Shown here piece by piece: positions 38,601 to 46,450 of a DNA stretch of 64,000 bases (position 1 is its first letter; every line of letters starts with the position of its first letter). The notes beneath the pieces were generated by a model. The model saw only the letters and a program-made list of their open reading frames with translations, was not told where the DNA came from and made no database searches. The translations under genes and the position numbers were made by a program. The DNA is from Spirochaetia bacterium (lineage in GTDB: Bacteria > Spirochaetota > Spirochaetia > SZUA-6 > Bin103). The stretch spans positions 480,001-544,000 of the forward strand of contig CBDBOV010000002.1 in the NCBI GenBank assembly GCA_965208575.1, given 5' to 3'.

Positions 38601-39746
38601 GCTGCCGCTCGCGTAGTCCGCCCATCGCTCGGCGCCGGCGCCGAGGCCGAGCTTCAGCCGCGGCGTGCCGGTCACGTTCACCGCCTCGCTGAACGTCAGC
38701 CGCACCCGGACCGTCTCGCCGAGTGCATAGGTGGCGTCCCCGCCCGCGACCGACGTCACCGCAACCCCCGTCACCGCGGGCGTCGCCACCGTGACATTGT
38801 CAAGACTCAAGATGCGCGTGCGGCCGCGCCCGCCGGGGTGCGCCGACGGCGTCTCCACCGGGTTGCCGCTCAGGCCCCGCAACCCGCCGGACGCGGGGTC
38901 CAGCGGCGCGAGGTAGTACGCATAGTTCATCTCGGTCAGGCCCGCCCGCGCCCGCGGCCTGCCCGCGCCCACTCCCACCTTTACCACCGCGCCATCGATC
39001 GCCACCGCGCCGGTGGCGAAGAACGACGTCACGTCGTTGGCCGAGGTCTGCACCTGGACATGGAACGCGCCGCCGGCCGCGTCCGGGTCCAGCGCCTCGC
39101 TGAAGAACAGCGTCACCGTGCCGCCGTCGATCTCGCCCCGCAGCAGCCGCGGCGGCGTGCTGTCGGGTGCCGGCGCGGTGACGTTGGCAAGCGCCATGCG
39201 CACGTAGCGCCACTCCACCCCGTCGCCGACCGGCAGCACATCGGGCGCCGTCACCAGGTTGCCGGCCAGGTCGCGCAGCGCCCCGCCGGCGCCGTCGGCG
39301 CGCCGGATGTAGAGCACGCGGTTGTGGTCGAGCCGGCCCGCCTCCGCCCGCGGGTTGCCCGCGCCGAGCCCGACCGTCACCACGTTGCCGTCGACCGACA
39401 CCGGGCCGGCGGCGTCGAAGTTGGACGTGAGCCTGGCCGTGGACAGGTCCACCATGAACCGGCCCCCGGTCGAGTCCGGGTCCAGCGCCTCGCTGAAGAA
39501 CAGCCGCATCGTGCCCCCGTCGACCTCGCCCCGCACCAGCCGCGGCGGCGTGGTGTCGCTCGGCGTGCCGCTGTCCGTCGAGACCCGCCCGCCCGCGCGG
39601 CCCGGCGCCGCGTCGGCGCCCGCCTCCGCCCTCACCGCAACTCCGCTCACCGCAGGCGCGCCGTCGGCGAAAGCCGGCGCCGCGGCGAACGGTGCCAGCC
39701 CGGTCGCGGCGGCGGCGAGCAGCAGGACCAGGCGGGCGATCGTCAT
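32619..39746 (-). CDS. Giant surface adhesin: SwmB-type repeats, Calx-beta, autotransporter-like beta-barrel
   Basis: Signal peptide; repeated LTLTFDE.L...VKVSY...LRD.AGN; VTVDYATADGTA.AGADY...DDALDEGEETF; WLSRFGRTVA linker; amphipathic C-terminus ending in W. Confidence 0.9.
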   Translation of the reverse strand: MTIARLVLLLAAAATGLAPFAAAPAFADGAPAVSGVAVRAEAGADAAPGRAGGRVSTDSGTPSDTTPPRLVRGEVDGGTMRLFFSEALDPDSTGGRFMVDLSTARLTSNFDAAGPVSVDGNVVTVGLGAGNPRAEAGRLDHNRVLYIRRADGAGGALRDLAGNLVTAPDVLPVGDGVEWRYVRMALANVTAPAPDSTPPRLLRGEIDGGTVTLFFSEALDPDAAGGAFHVQVQTSANDVTSFFATGAVAIDGAVVKVGVGAGRPRARAGLTEMNYAYYLAPLDPASGGLRGLSGNPVETPSAHPGGRGRTRILSLDNVTVATPAVTGVAVTSVAGGDATYALGETVRVRLTFSEAVNVTGTPRLKLGLGAGAERWADYASGSGTAALTFAWTVARDDASGAGVAVLANTLALNGGTIQSASSQVDAARAHGGLAHDAAHKVDGTPDTTPPRLSRSEVNGATLTLAFDEAIDGAASPASGAFTVKRTPAGGAGETVGLSGAPAIAGAAVTLTLAEAVRDTDTNVRVSYRKSRSDAGNRLRDAAGNEVAGFSNEPVTNNTPDTTPPRLERGEIDGATVTLYFSEPLEPGSKGGRFWMSLQAPTYGWSHYSDARDVQISGNVVKVGLPWRLTGGLSGNTLMYRPPADPTKGLRDLAGNPLRAPVVTCWGSCYSTTRWVGLDNVTGVALTVTGVVVSSDAGGDATYGLDDTIRVRLTFSKAVAVTGAPRVKIDFSSGAGDEKWADYARSVGMRTLEFTYTVAERDASSAGVAVLANTLALNGGTIRSTAGADAALSHAGLGHDPAHKVDWQRSPAPTVTGVAISSEAGTDHAYARGETIKVRLTFSEAVAVTGTPRVKLDFGYETEGGKWADYADGDGTTMLEFAYTVARGDTAGTGVAVLANTLALNGGAIRSTTTQTDADRVHAGVDHDSTHTVDGITPTLLQAAVEGVTLTLVFDEALGAAESLASGAFTVNKTPRGDSEQEVSLTGSPAISGARVTLTLANAVLGTDTDVKVSYTRPTMGTGNRLRDAAGNEAAGFIDQPVRKGAPDITPPRLVRGEIDDAMMTLFFSEPLDPDSTGGGFRVNMRHINGQWYIAGATRNMTVSGNVVSVGLGHSSSKWQLRAKAGEQRNSAYYLRRSDPDAKQLRDLAGNPVQALQRLFDGEWKKTRSIDLDNVTGVALTVTGVAVSSEAGAGATYSLGDTIRVRLTFSKAVNVTGTPRVRIDLSSAAGDEKWADYADGSGKKTLEFAYTVAEGDTSSAGVAVLANTLELGGGSIRSVSTAGENAALAHAGLDHDPNHRVDTPPIVSAARVNGVTLKVTFNEPLVAAAPLVNSAFAVKKTPQGSSEQNVRLRSPAIEGATVTLTLANAALETDTGVKVSYSRLTTGADNRLRDEAGNEVASFSVEDVTNGSRPPRVERAEVRGTALTLTFDETLGAAASLANDAFTVKKTPQGGVEEMVSLSGSPAIEGATVTLTLANAVLETDTGVKVSYTRPDSGTGNRLRDEAGNEVASFRGQAVGPDETAPTLDRGEIDGGTVILYFSEALDEDSVGGHFRVQVQLLGKSAWGFSATGDVEISGRKVTVGLGEGKPRAREGGTNIFRYIRPTDRAKGLRDLAGNAVENTTHIILDNLTGPPSVTGVAISSDAGADATYGLGETIRVTLTFSKAVTVTGVPRLQVDFSSATGDEQWAAYADGSGTRMLEFAWTVAEPNVSTQGVAVLANTLALNGGTIESASTAGENAALAHEGLGYDTAHKVDWRPTLSVADARANEGAGAAVAFEVSLSRAAAGAVTVDYATADGTAEAGADYTAASGTLTFAAGETMKTVSVALLDDALDEGEETFSLTLSNAQGARITDGEATGTIANADPLQKMWLSRFGRTVAGHVTDAVSDRLANPLTGAQVTVGGQRVDLARTGDEGWLGEVLAAVARALGAREEFASEDGPGSGPGPGLGVRESAIHSSAAARGVSGRELLLGSGFHLAAAAAGEGDGPGLAAWGRATVGGFDGEAPADGGDVRLDGLVTTAILGADVEWNRLLAGVAVSVSEGEGTFDQPGVDSGTIESTMTAVSPYARVMLNDRVSAWGLLGYGAGDMTIVQAATDRGQPERVTRTGLGMRLAAGGGRGALLKAGETGGIDLGLRADAFWVETESEAVSNEGATTAEASRVRLILEGSRALAMGGGALLTPGVELGLRHDGGDAETGSGAELGGRLAWSDPGMGLGVETRVRALVAHEDANYGEWGASGSIRLAPGARGRGLSFSLAPTWGAASSGMDRLWSARDARGLAPGAGFEPERRLQGELGYGFALFGDRFTGTPNVGFEHSDRAREYRIGWRLTSAAQGHSGFEVSLDATRRERAGPGAGPEAEHAVTLRGAIRW

Positions 39747-40073
39747 GGCACGCTCCCTTGCGGGCGTCGGTTCGTCACGTCACAAGCGAACTGCGAATAG
39801 GTGTTTCATGTCAATCTCTATTGGATGTCGAGAATGGATTCATCCATATCAAATCGATAAATGAACGGCCGTTGCCTGCCGCCGGGATGCTCTCAGCGAC
39901 CCCTGTGTGAATGATCGCTTCGCGCGTTCGCACCCCGGCCACCCCCGGCCACGCGGGGCGATTGACCGCGCTTGCCTCGTTCGGCCATCATGCGCCGAAT
40001 CGAATTCACAGACTCGGGTGTGCCGCACCACCCTGTTCCGGGAAGGTTGCACTCCGAGAAGGGAGACACTCAG

Positions 40074-41939
40074 ATGAGAACCAAGACACTCGCGGGGGCG
40101 CTGGTCCTGGCGTTCGCGGCGACCGGACTGTGGGGCCAGATCGGCGGCCTGCCGCGGGAAGAGAGCCTGATCATCCAGAACCCGGAGGGGAAACCGGCGA
40201 ATCCCGGCTGTTTCAACCTCTGGTGGGGGTGCGGCGGCGGCTGGTCGACCGGCCTGCATCAGCTCGCGCTCGACACGTTCTGGTATATCGACCCCAACGC
40301 GGGAGTCGACGGCGTAATCCACAACTCGCTCGCCTCCGGGCCGCCGGAGTACAATGACGACTTCAGCGAGATGACCGTGTTCCTGCGCCGGGGCATCTAC
40401 TGGAGCGACGGCGTCGAGTTCACCTCCGCGGATGTCGTGTACACCGTCGAAGCGCAGATCGAGCATCCGGGTGCGACCTGGGGCGGCGCGTTCAGCACCA
40501 ACGTCGAGTCGGTCCAGGCGATCGACGACTATACGGTCCGGTTCGTTCTGAAGGCGCCGAACTCGCGTTTCCAATCGGTGTTCTCGGTACGCTGGAACGC
40601 GGCGTGGATCATCCCGAAGCATATCTTCGAGAACGAAGATCCCACCACCTTCGAGTTCAACCCGCCGGTGAGCCTCGGCCCGTACACGCTGCACAGCTAC
40701 GATCCGAACGGGTCCTGGCACATCTGGGAGCGGCGCGCCGACTGGGAGCGCACCACGGTGGCCGAATTCGGCATGCCCGCGCCCCGTTACGCGATCTACC
40801 GGCACGGCATCCCCACCGACCGGCGGCTGATCGAGATGGTCAACGGCGACCTCGACATGATCCACGACCTCACGCCGGAGGGCACGTTCTCGATCGTGAA
40901 GCAGGACGAAACCACGCAGGGCTGGTTCCCGGGCTTCCCGTACGCGCACCCCGACCCGACGCTGCCCGCCGTGGTGTTCAACACCCAGAACGAGAAGTTC
41001 CAGGACAAGCGGGTGCGCTGGGCGCTGGCGCTGATGCTGGACGCGCAGGCGATGTCGCTGGCCAGCTACCGCGGCGCGGCGACCTTCTCCGCCATCCAGG
41101 TGCCGCCCACCGGACTGCACCCGGACGACTACCACGAGCCGATGCAGGACTGGCTGGAGGCCTATACGATCGCGGCCGGCGGCAAGACCTTCCAGCCGTA
41201 CGATCCCGAGGTCACCCTGCGGATAGCCGAGAACGTCCGCCGCCAGTTCGACGGCGTACCGGAGGACGAAGAGGCGATTCGGCGTTCGTTCGGCTACGGC
41301 TGGTGGGCCCAGAACCTGGAGGCCGCGACGCTGCTGTTGGAGGATGCCGGCTTCGAGAAGCGCGGCAAGGACTGGTACATGCCGGACGGCAAGCGGTTCT
41401 CGGTCGAGTTGGGCTACAGCGCCGAGGGTGTGATGAGCCGGCTCGGATCGATCATCGTGCAGCAGTGGATCCAGGCCGGCGTCGACGCGACCAGCAGGAC
41501 CGATCCGCAGTTGTGGGACCAGATGTTCATGGGCGAATTCGACGCGCAGATCGGCTGGTCGGTCGAAACCTGGGGCGGCCATCCCGACCTGTCGTTCTTC
41601 CTGGACAGTTGGCACTCCGAATTCGTGGCCGAGCCCGGCGCCCGGCAGCCGGCGCGCAACTGGCAGCGCTGGACGCACCCCGAGCTGGACCGGATCATCG
41701 AGGAGATCCGCACCATCGACTTCAACGATCCGCGCGGCGTCGAACTGGGCCAGGAGTTCGTGCGGCTTACGGTGGAGGAGATGCCGACCATCCCGATCAT
41801 GTCGTACAACGTGTTCTCGGTGCAGTCCAACCGTTACTGGACCAACTTCCCGACTTCCGAGAACAACTACGCGAACCCGGTCACCAACTGGGCCAACGGG
41901 CGCTACATCCTGAACCTGATCGAGCCCGCCTCGCGGTAA
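40074..41939 (+). CDS. ABC transporter substrate-binding protein, family 5
   Basis: Signal peptide, LRRGIYWSDGVEFTSADVVYT. Confidence 0.94.
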   Translation: MRTKTLAGALVLAFAATGLWGQIGGLPREESLIIQNPEGKPANPGCFNLWWGCGGGWSTGLHQLALDTFWYIDPNAGVDGVIHNSLASGPPEYNDDFSEMTVFLRRGIYWSDGVEFTSADVVYTVEAQIEHPGATWGGAFSTNVESVQAIDDYTVRFVLKAPNSRFQSVFSVRWNAAWIIPKHIFENEDPTTFEFNPPVSLGPYTLHSYDPNGSWHIWERRADWERTTVAEFGMPAPRYAIYRHGIPTDRRLIEMVNGDLDMIHDLTPEGTFSIVKQDETTQGWFPGFPYAHPDPTLPAVVFNTQNEKFQDKRVRWALALMLDAQAMSLASYRGAATFSAIQVPPTGLHPDDYHEPMQDWLEAYTIAAGGKTFQPYDPEVTLRIAENVRRQFDGVPEDEEAIRRSFGYGWWAQNLEAATLLLEDAGFEKRGKDWYMPDGKRFSVELGYSAEGVMSRLGSIIVQQWIQAGVDATSRTDPQLWDQMFMGEFDAQIGWSVETWGGHPDLSFFLDSWHSEFVAEPGARQPARNWQRWTHPELDRIIEEIRTIDFNDPRGVELGQEFVRLTVEEMPTIPIMSYNVFSVQSNRYWTNFPTSENNYANPVTNWANGRYILNLIEPASR

Positions 41940-42045
41940 CGCGCGTGGCCCATCCCGTCCCGACGCCAACAGGAGTCTGTCGAACCACGAACAACTCCTG
42001 TTGGCAGGGATCCGGGAGCCGGACGGTCGGCGGCAATACGCGCCC

Positions 42046-43050
42046 ATGAGAGCATATGGTCTGTTCGCGCTGAAGCGGTTCGGGCAACTGCTGCTGGTGG
42101 TGTTCCTGGGCGTGAGCGCGACCTTCTTCATCACCCACCTGTCGCCGCTCGACCCGGTGGAGCAGACCATGGGGCGCCTGACCAGGCAGTCCGGCTTCAG
42201 CCCCGAGGCGCAGGAAGCGATGCGCGCGGCGCTCACCGAGTTGTACGGCACCGACCAGCCGCTGCTCGGTCAGTTCCTGAGTTTCTGGGGCCGCCTGGTG
42301 CGCGGCGACATGGGCCCGTCGCTGCTCGCCTTCCCGACGCCGGCGCTCCGGCTGGTGCGGCGGGCGCTGCCGTGGACCGTCGGCCTGCTCACCACCACCG
42401 TGATCATCACCTGGACGGTCGGTAACCTGCTCGGCGGGCTGGCCGGCTACTTCCAGAACAACCGGCTCCTGAAGGCGTTCGGAGTGTTCGCCGTCGGCGT
42501 GCAGCCGATCCCGTATTACATCGTCGCCTTCATCATGCTGATCCTGTTCGGCTTTCTCTGGCCGGTGCTGCCGATCTCCGGCGGCGCCGGCATGTTCGTG
42601 GAGCCGGGCTGGAACCTGCCCTACGTGCTGTCGATCCTGCACCACGCCATCCTGCCGGCGTCGTCGATCGTGGTGGTCGGGCTCGGCACCTGGTTTCTGG
42701 GCATGCGCGCGCTGGTGTCGAACGTGGTCACCGAAGATTACGTGACCTACGCGGAGCTGGGCGGGGTGGAGAGCCGCAGGATCGTCGGCTCGTACGTGAT
42801 CCGCAACGCCATGGTGCCGCAGCTCACGGCGCTGGCGATGGTGCTCGGCGGCGTGTTCTCCGGGACCATCATCACCGAAGAGGTGTTCTCCTACCCCGGA
42901 GTCGGCACGCTGCTGATCGATGCCGTGAACGCCGGCGACTATACGCTCGTGCTCGCCGTGACGTCGATCTCGATCGCGACCGTGGCGACGGCAATCTTCG
43001 TGATCGACCTGCTGTACCCGTTGTTGGACCCGCGAGTGAGGGTCAAGTAG
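42046..43050 (+). CDS. ABC permease (DppB/OppB-like)
   Basis: EDYVTYAELGG loop, IDLLYPLLDPR. Confidence 0.94.
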   Translation: MRAYGLFALKRFGQLLLVVFLGVSATFFITHLSPLDPVEQTMGRLTRQSGFSPEAQEAMRAALTELYGTDQPLLGQFLSFWGRLVRGDMGPSLLAFPTPALRLVRRALPWTVGLLTTTVIITWTVGNLLGGLAGYFQNNRLLKAFGVFAVGVQPIPYYIVAFIMLILFGFLWPVLPISGGAGMFVEPGWNLPYVLSILHHAILPASSIVVVGLGTWFLGMRALVSNVVTEDYVTYAELGGVESRRIVGSYVIRNAMVPQLTALAMVLGGVFSGTIITEEVFSYPGVGTLLIDAVNAGDYTLVLAVTSISIATVATAIFVIDLLYPLLDPRVRVK

Positions 43051-43126
43051 TGAGGGTCAGGTAGCGTGTTTCGCATCATCCCCGGGTACCCGTTGCGCAA
43101 CCGGCGGGTGAGGTTCCGGTAGCCCC

Positions 43127-43984
43127 GTGTTTCATGTCATCCGGGATCTGCTGCGCTACAACCGGGAGTTCGCGGTCGGCGTCGCGTTCCTCGGGGTGAT
43201 CGGGATCTATTCCCTGCTGTCGTTCGTCTCGCCGGTCGACCCCGACATCCAGTTCATGGAGTTCCCCGACCTGCCGCCCTCCGGCGAGTACTGGTTCGGG
43301 ACCAACTCGCGCGGCCAGGACCTGTTCTGGCAACTCACCTTCGCGTTCCGCAACACGCTGGGGTTCGGGATCATGGTGGCCGCGTTCAGCCGCGTCATCT
43401 CGATCACCGTGGGCCTGGTGTCCGGGTACGTGGGCGGGGCGGTCGACCGCATCCTGATGGTGGTCAACGACGTGTTCGTCACGCTGCCCCTGCTGCCGGT
43501 GCTGCTGGTGTTCTTCTTCGTGCTCGGCGACAGCCTCAACACCATCAACCTGGCGCTGCTGATGGCCTGCCTCGGCTGGCCGTTCGACGCGCGCCTGATC
43601 CGCTCCATCGCGCTCGGGCTGCGCCACCGCGAGTTCACCCGCCACGCCACCTTCTCCGGAATGAGCCCGCTCAAGATCATGTTCGAGGAGCACCTCCCGT
43701 ACGTGATGCCGGTGGTGTTCGCCACCGCCATGGCCAACATGCTGTGGGCGATCGGGGTGGAGGTGACCCTGGCGGTGCTGGGCTTCACGAACATCAACAT
43801 AGCCACCGTCGGCACCACCATCTACTGGGCCAACAACCACTCCGCCATGGTGGTGGGCGTCTGGTGGTGGATCGTGATCCCGGTAGTGCTGGTGGTAATG
43901 TTGTTCATCGGCCTCTACCTGCTCGCCGTCTCGCTCAACGAGTACATCGATCCGCGCTCCCGGCTGCGCAGGATGGGCGGCTGA
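43127..43984 (+). CDS. ABC permease (DppC/OppC-like)
   Basis: WFGTNSRGQDL, IDPR C-terminus. Confidence 0.94.
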   Translation: MFHVIRDLLRYNREFAVGVAFLGVIGIYSLLSFVSPVDPDIQFMEFPDLPPSGEYWFGTNSRGQDLFWQLTFAFRNTLGFGIMVAAFSRVISITVGLVSGYVGGAVDRILMVVNDVFVTLPLLPVLLVFFFVLGDSLNTINLALLMACLGWPFDARLIRSIALGLRHREFTRHATFSGMSPLKIMFEEHLPYVMPVVFATAMANMLWAIGVEVTLAVLGFTNINIATVGTTIYWANNHSAMVVGVWWWIVIPVVLVVMLFIGLYLLAVSLNEYIDPRSRLRRMGG

Positions 43985-45018
43985 TGGCCGACGTCCTGAC
44001 CGTTGCACGCCTCAAGGCCTACTACCAGACCAAGTACTTCGGGGTGCAGCGCGAGGTGCGCGCGGTAGACGATATCTCGATTACGGTGCGCGCCGACGAG
44101 GTGTACGGCATCGCGGGAGAGAGCTCTTCCGGCAAGACCACGCTGATCAAGACCCTCGCCGGCGCCATCCATCCGCCGCTGCGCATCGTCGGCGGCTCCA
44201 TGCGGTACCGGTTCGGCGGGCGTGAGATCGACCCGTACGCGGTCAGCGCGGAGGAGCTGAACCGCCTGCGTTGGAAGCACGTGTCGTACATCATGCAGGG
44301 CTCCATGAGCGTGCTGAACCCGGTGCGCCGGATCCACCGCAGCTTTGCGGACTTCGCCTATGGTCACATGGAGTTGTCGAAGCCGCGCTTCCGGCAGGCG
44401 GTCGAGGAGCACCTGGAGCGGCTCTCCCTGTCGCCGGACGTGCTGCGCGCCTACCCGCACGAGCTGTCCGGCGGCATGCGGCAGCGCGTCACCATCGCGC
44501 TGGCCACCGTATGCCGGCCCGGCTTCATCATCGCCGACGAGCCCACCACGGCGCTCGACGTGGTGGTGCAGAAGGACGTGCTGGCGCTGCTGGACGACAT
44601 CCGCCGGTCGCTCGGATCGTCGGTGGTGTTCGTGACCCACGACATGAGCGTGCACGCCAACATGGCGGACCGCATCGGCATCATGTATGCCGGGCGCATC
44701 GTCGAGGAGGGCCCGACGCGGGCGCTGTTCACCGAGCCGAAGCATCCCTACACCGCGCACCTGGTGGCCAGCCTGCCGCGCATCGGCGACGCCGCCCGCA
44801 AGCCGGCGCTCGGCGGCCGCCCGCCCGCCCTGTCCGACCCGCCGGGCGGCTGCCGCTTCCACCCGCGCTGCCCGCTGGCCATCGACAAGTGCCGCACGGA
44901 GGTGCCGCCGCTGGAGGCGGTCGGCGCCGACCACCGCTCGGCGTGCTGGCGCAGCGCCGAGGTGGAGCCGCCGGCGCCGGCGACGGCGCGCGGCGCGGCG
45001 CAGGGGGCGCCGGCATGA
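43984..45018 (+). CDS. ABC ATP-binding protein (DppD-like)
   Basis: GESSSGKT, LSGGMRQR, ADEPTTALD, GCRFHPRC. Confidence 0.95.
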   Translation: MADVLTVARLKAYYQTKYFGVQREVRAVDDISITVRADEVYGIAGESSSGKTTLIKTLAGAIHPPLRIVGGSMRYRFGGREIDPYAVSAEELNRLRWKHVSYIMQGSMSVLNPVRRIHRSFADFAYGHMELSKPRFRQAVEEHLERLSLSPDVLRAYPHELSGGMRQRVTIALATVCRPGFIIADEPTTALDVVVQKDVLALLDDIRRSLGSSVVFVTHDMSVHANMADRIGIMYAGRIVEEGPTRALFTEPKHPYTAHLVASLPRIGDAARKPALGGRPPALSDPPGGCRFHPRCPLAIDKCRTEVPPLEAVGADHRSACWRSAEVEPPAPATARGAAQGAPA

Positions 45019-45932
45019 GCGCGATCCTGGAAGTGTCCCACGTTTCCAAGCGGTTCCACATGGGCGGCATCCTGTCGCGGCGCTACGTGGAGGCGGTGAC
45101 CGACGCCAGCTTTGCGATCGAGGAGGGCCAGCCGGAGGTGTTCACGATCGTCGGCGAGTCGGGCTCCGGCAAGACCACGCTGGCGCGCATGATGCTCGGG
45201 CTGGAGATTCCCAGCGCGGGCGAGATCCGGCTGTCGGGCCGCAGCATGGCGGATCGCCGCGGGCGGGCTGCCCGCATCGAGTTCATGCGCCACGCGCAGC
45301 CGGTGTTCCAGAACCCGTTCGAGGCGTTCAACCCGCTCAAGCGGGTGGACCGCTACCTGGAGGCCAGCGCGCGCGTGCTGCTCGGCGCCAGCGGCCGGGA
45401 GGCCGTCGATGCCGCCATGGACGAGGCGCTGCACAAGGTGGGCCTGAGCCTGGCCGAGGTGCGCGGGCGCTACGCCCACGAGCTGTCCGGCGGCCAACTG
45501 CAGCGCGTGGCGATCGCGCGGGCGCTGATCCCCAACCCGGAGGTCCTGGTGGCCGACGAGCCGGTGTCGATGGTGGACGCCTCGCTGCGCATGTCGATCG
45601 TCAACCTGCTGCGCGACCTGCGCGACACCCTGAACGTGACGGTAATCTACATCACCCACGACCTGGCCACCGCGTACTACATCTCGGACCGCATCATCAT
45701 CATGCAGCAGGGCTACATCGTGGAGATGGGCCCGGCGCAGGCGGTGCTGGAGTCGCCCGAGCACCCCTACGCGCGGCTGCTGAAGGAGTCGGTCCTGCCG
45801 GTGGACGACCCCGGCGCGGTGCGCGTGCAGGCCCCGGATCGCAGCCTGGCGCTGGCCGCCGCGGAGACTTCCGGCAGCGGCAAGCTGGTGCCGCGCGCCG
45901 GCGGCCGCCGCGTGCGCATACCCGCCGAGTGA
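45015..45932 (+). CDS. ABC ATP-binding protein (DppF-like)
   Basis: GESGSGKT, LSGGQLQR, ADEPVSMVD. Confidence 0.95.
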   Translation: MSAILEVSHVSKRFHMGGILSRRYVEAVTDASFAIEEGQPEVFTIVGESGSGKTTLARMMLGLEIPSAGEIRLSGRSMADRRGRAARIEFMRHAQPVFQNPFEAFNPLKRVDRYLEASARVLLGASGREAVDAAMDEALHKVGLSLAEVRGRYAHELSGGQLQRVAIARALIPNPEVLVADEPVSMVDASLRMSIVNLLRDLRDTLNVTVIYITHDLATAYYISDRIIIMQQGYIVEMGPAQAVLESPEHPYARLLKESVLPVDDPGAVRVQAPDRSLALAAAETSGSGKLVPRAGGRRVRIPAE

Positions 45933-46018
45933 CCGCACGGCGACGCGCCGGTGTACCGTGCCGGCACATCAGCTGAAGCGGTTTGGGAATTCACGAAGCG
46001 CGACCAAGTCGCCTTCGA

Positions 46019-46237
46019 TCATCCAACGGTTACCGAGTCCGCTACCAAGGTGGTGGGCTCCGGGATCGGGTCACCACTCTCACGCATGAAATGCAGGTGG
46101 GCCTTGATGGCTTCGGACATGTTGCGCTTGGTCTCCGCGATGGTCTTGCCGGTAGCGATGCAACCTGGCAAGTCCGGAGCGTATGCGGAGCAGTTTCGTC
46201 CCCCGCTTTCGATGATGATGAGGTACTTTCGACTCAT
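46019..46237 (-). CDS. hicB: HicB antitoxin (short form)
   Basis: YLIIIE...SAYAPDLPGCIATGKT. Confidence 0.92.
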   Translation of the reverse strand: MSRKYLIIIESGGRNCSAYAPDLPGCIATGKTIAETKRNMSEAIKAHLHFMRESGDPIPEPTTLVADSVTVG

Positions 46238-46437
46238 GACTTCTCCCCGTCGGGGTTGATGGTATTGAGAATCGATTTCCAGGTCTTGGGGTGCAGGTCG
46301 TCGCTCGGTTTGCCCGCGATGGTAAGCGTGCCGGGAATCGACGGATGCTTGAAGTGACGGTGGCTGCCGGTTGTCCGAACATGTACCCATCCGGCTTCTC
46401 GTGCCATCTTGAGCGCGTCCCTTACCTTCCGACTCAT
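46234..46437 (-). CDS. hicA: HicA toxin
   Basis: GW..VRTTGSHRHFKHP; ATGA overlap with hicB. Confidence 0.92.
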   Translation of the reverse strand: MSRKVRDALKMAREAGWVHVRTTGSHRHFKHPSIPGTLTIAGKPSDDLHPKTWKSILNTINPDGEKS

Positions 46438-46450
46438 GCCGGTAATGTAG

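Noticed and set aside
32619-39746. Diversity-generating retroelement acting on the adhesin
   Set aside because: No reverse transcriptase or template repeat in the window, and the variation includes indels rather than adenine-only changes.
39780-39870. Promoter/operator between the adhesin and the ABC operon (TTGACA; ATGGAT-tc-ATCCAT)
   Set aside because: No well-spaced -10 and the inverted repeat is only 6 bp; too weak to call.
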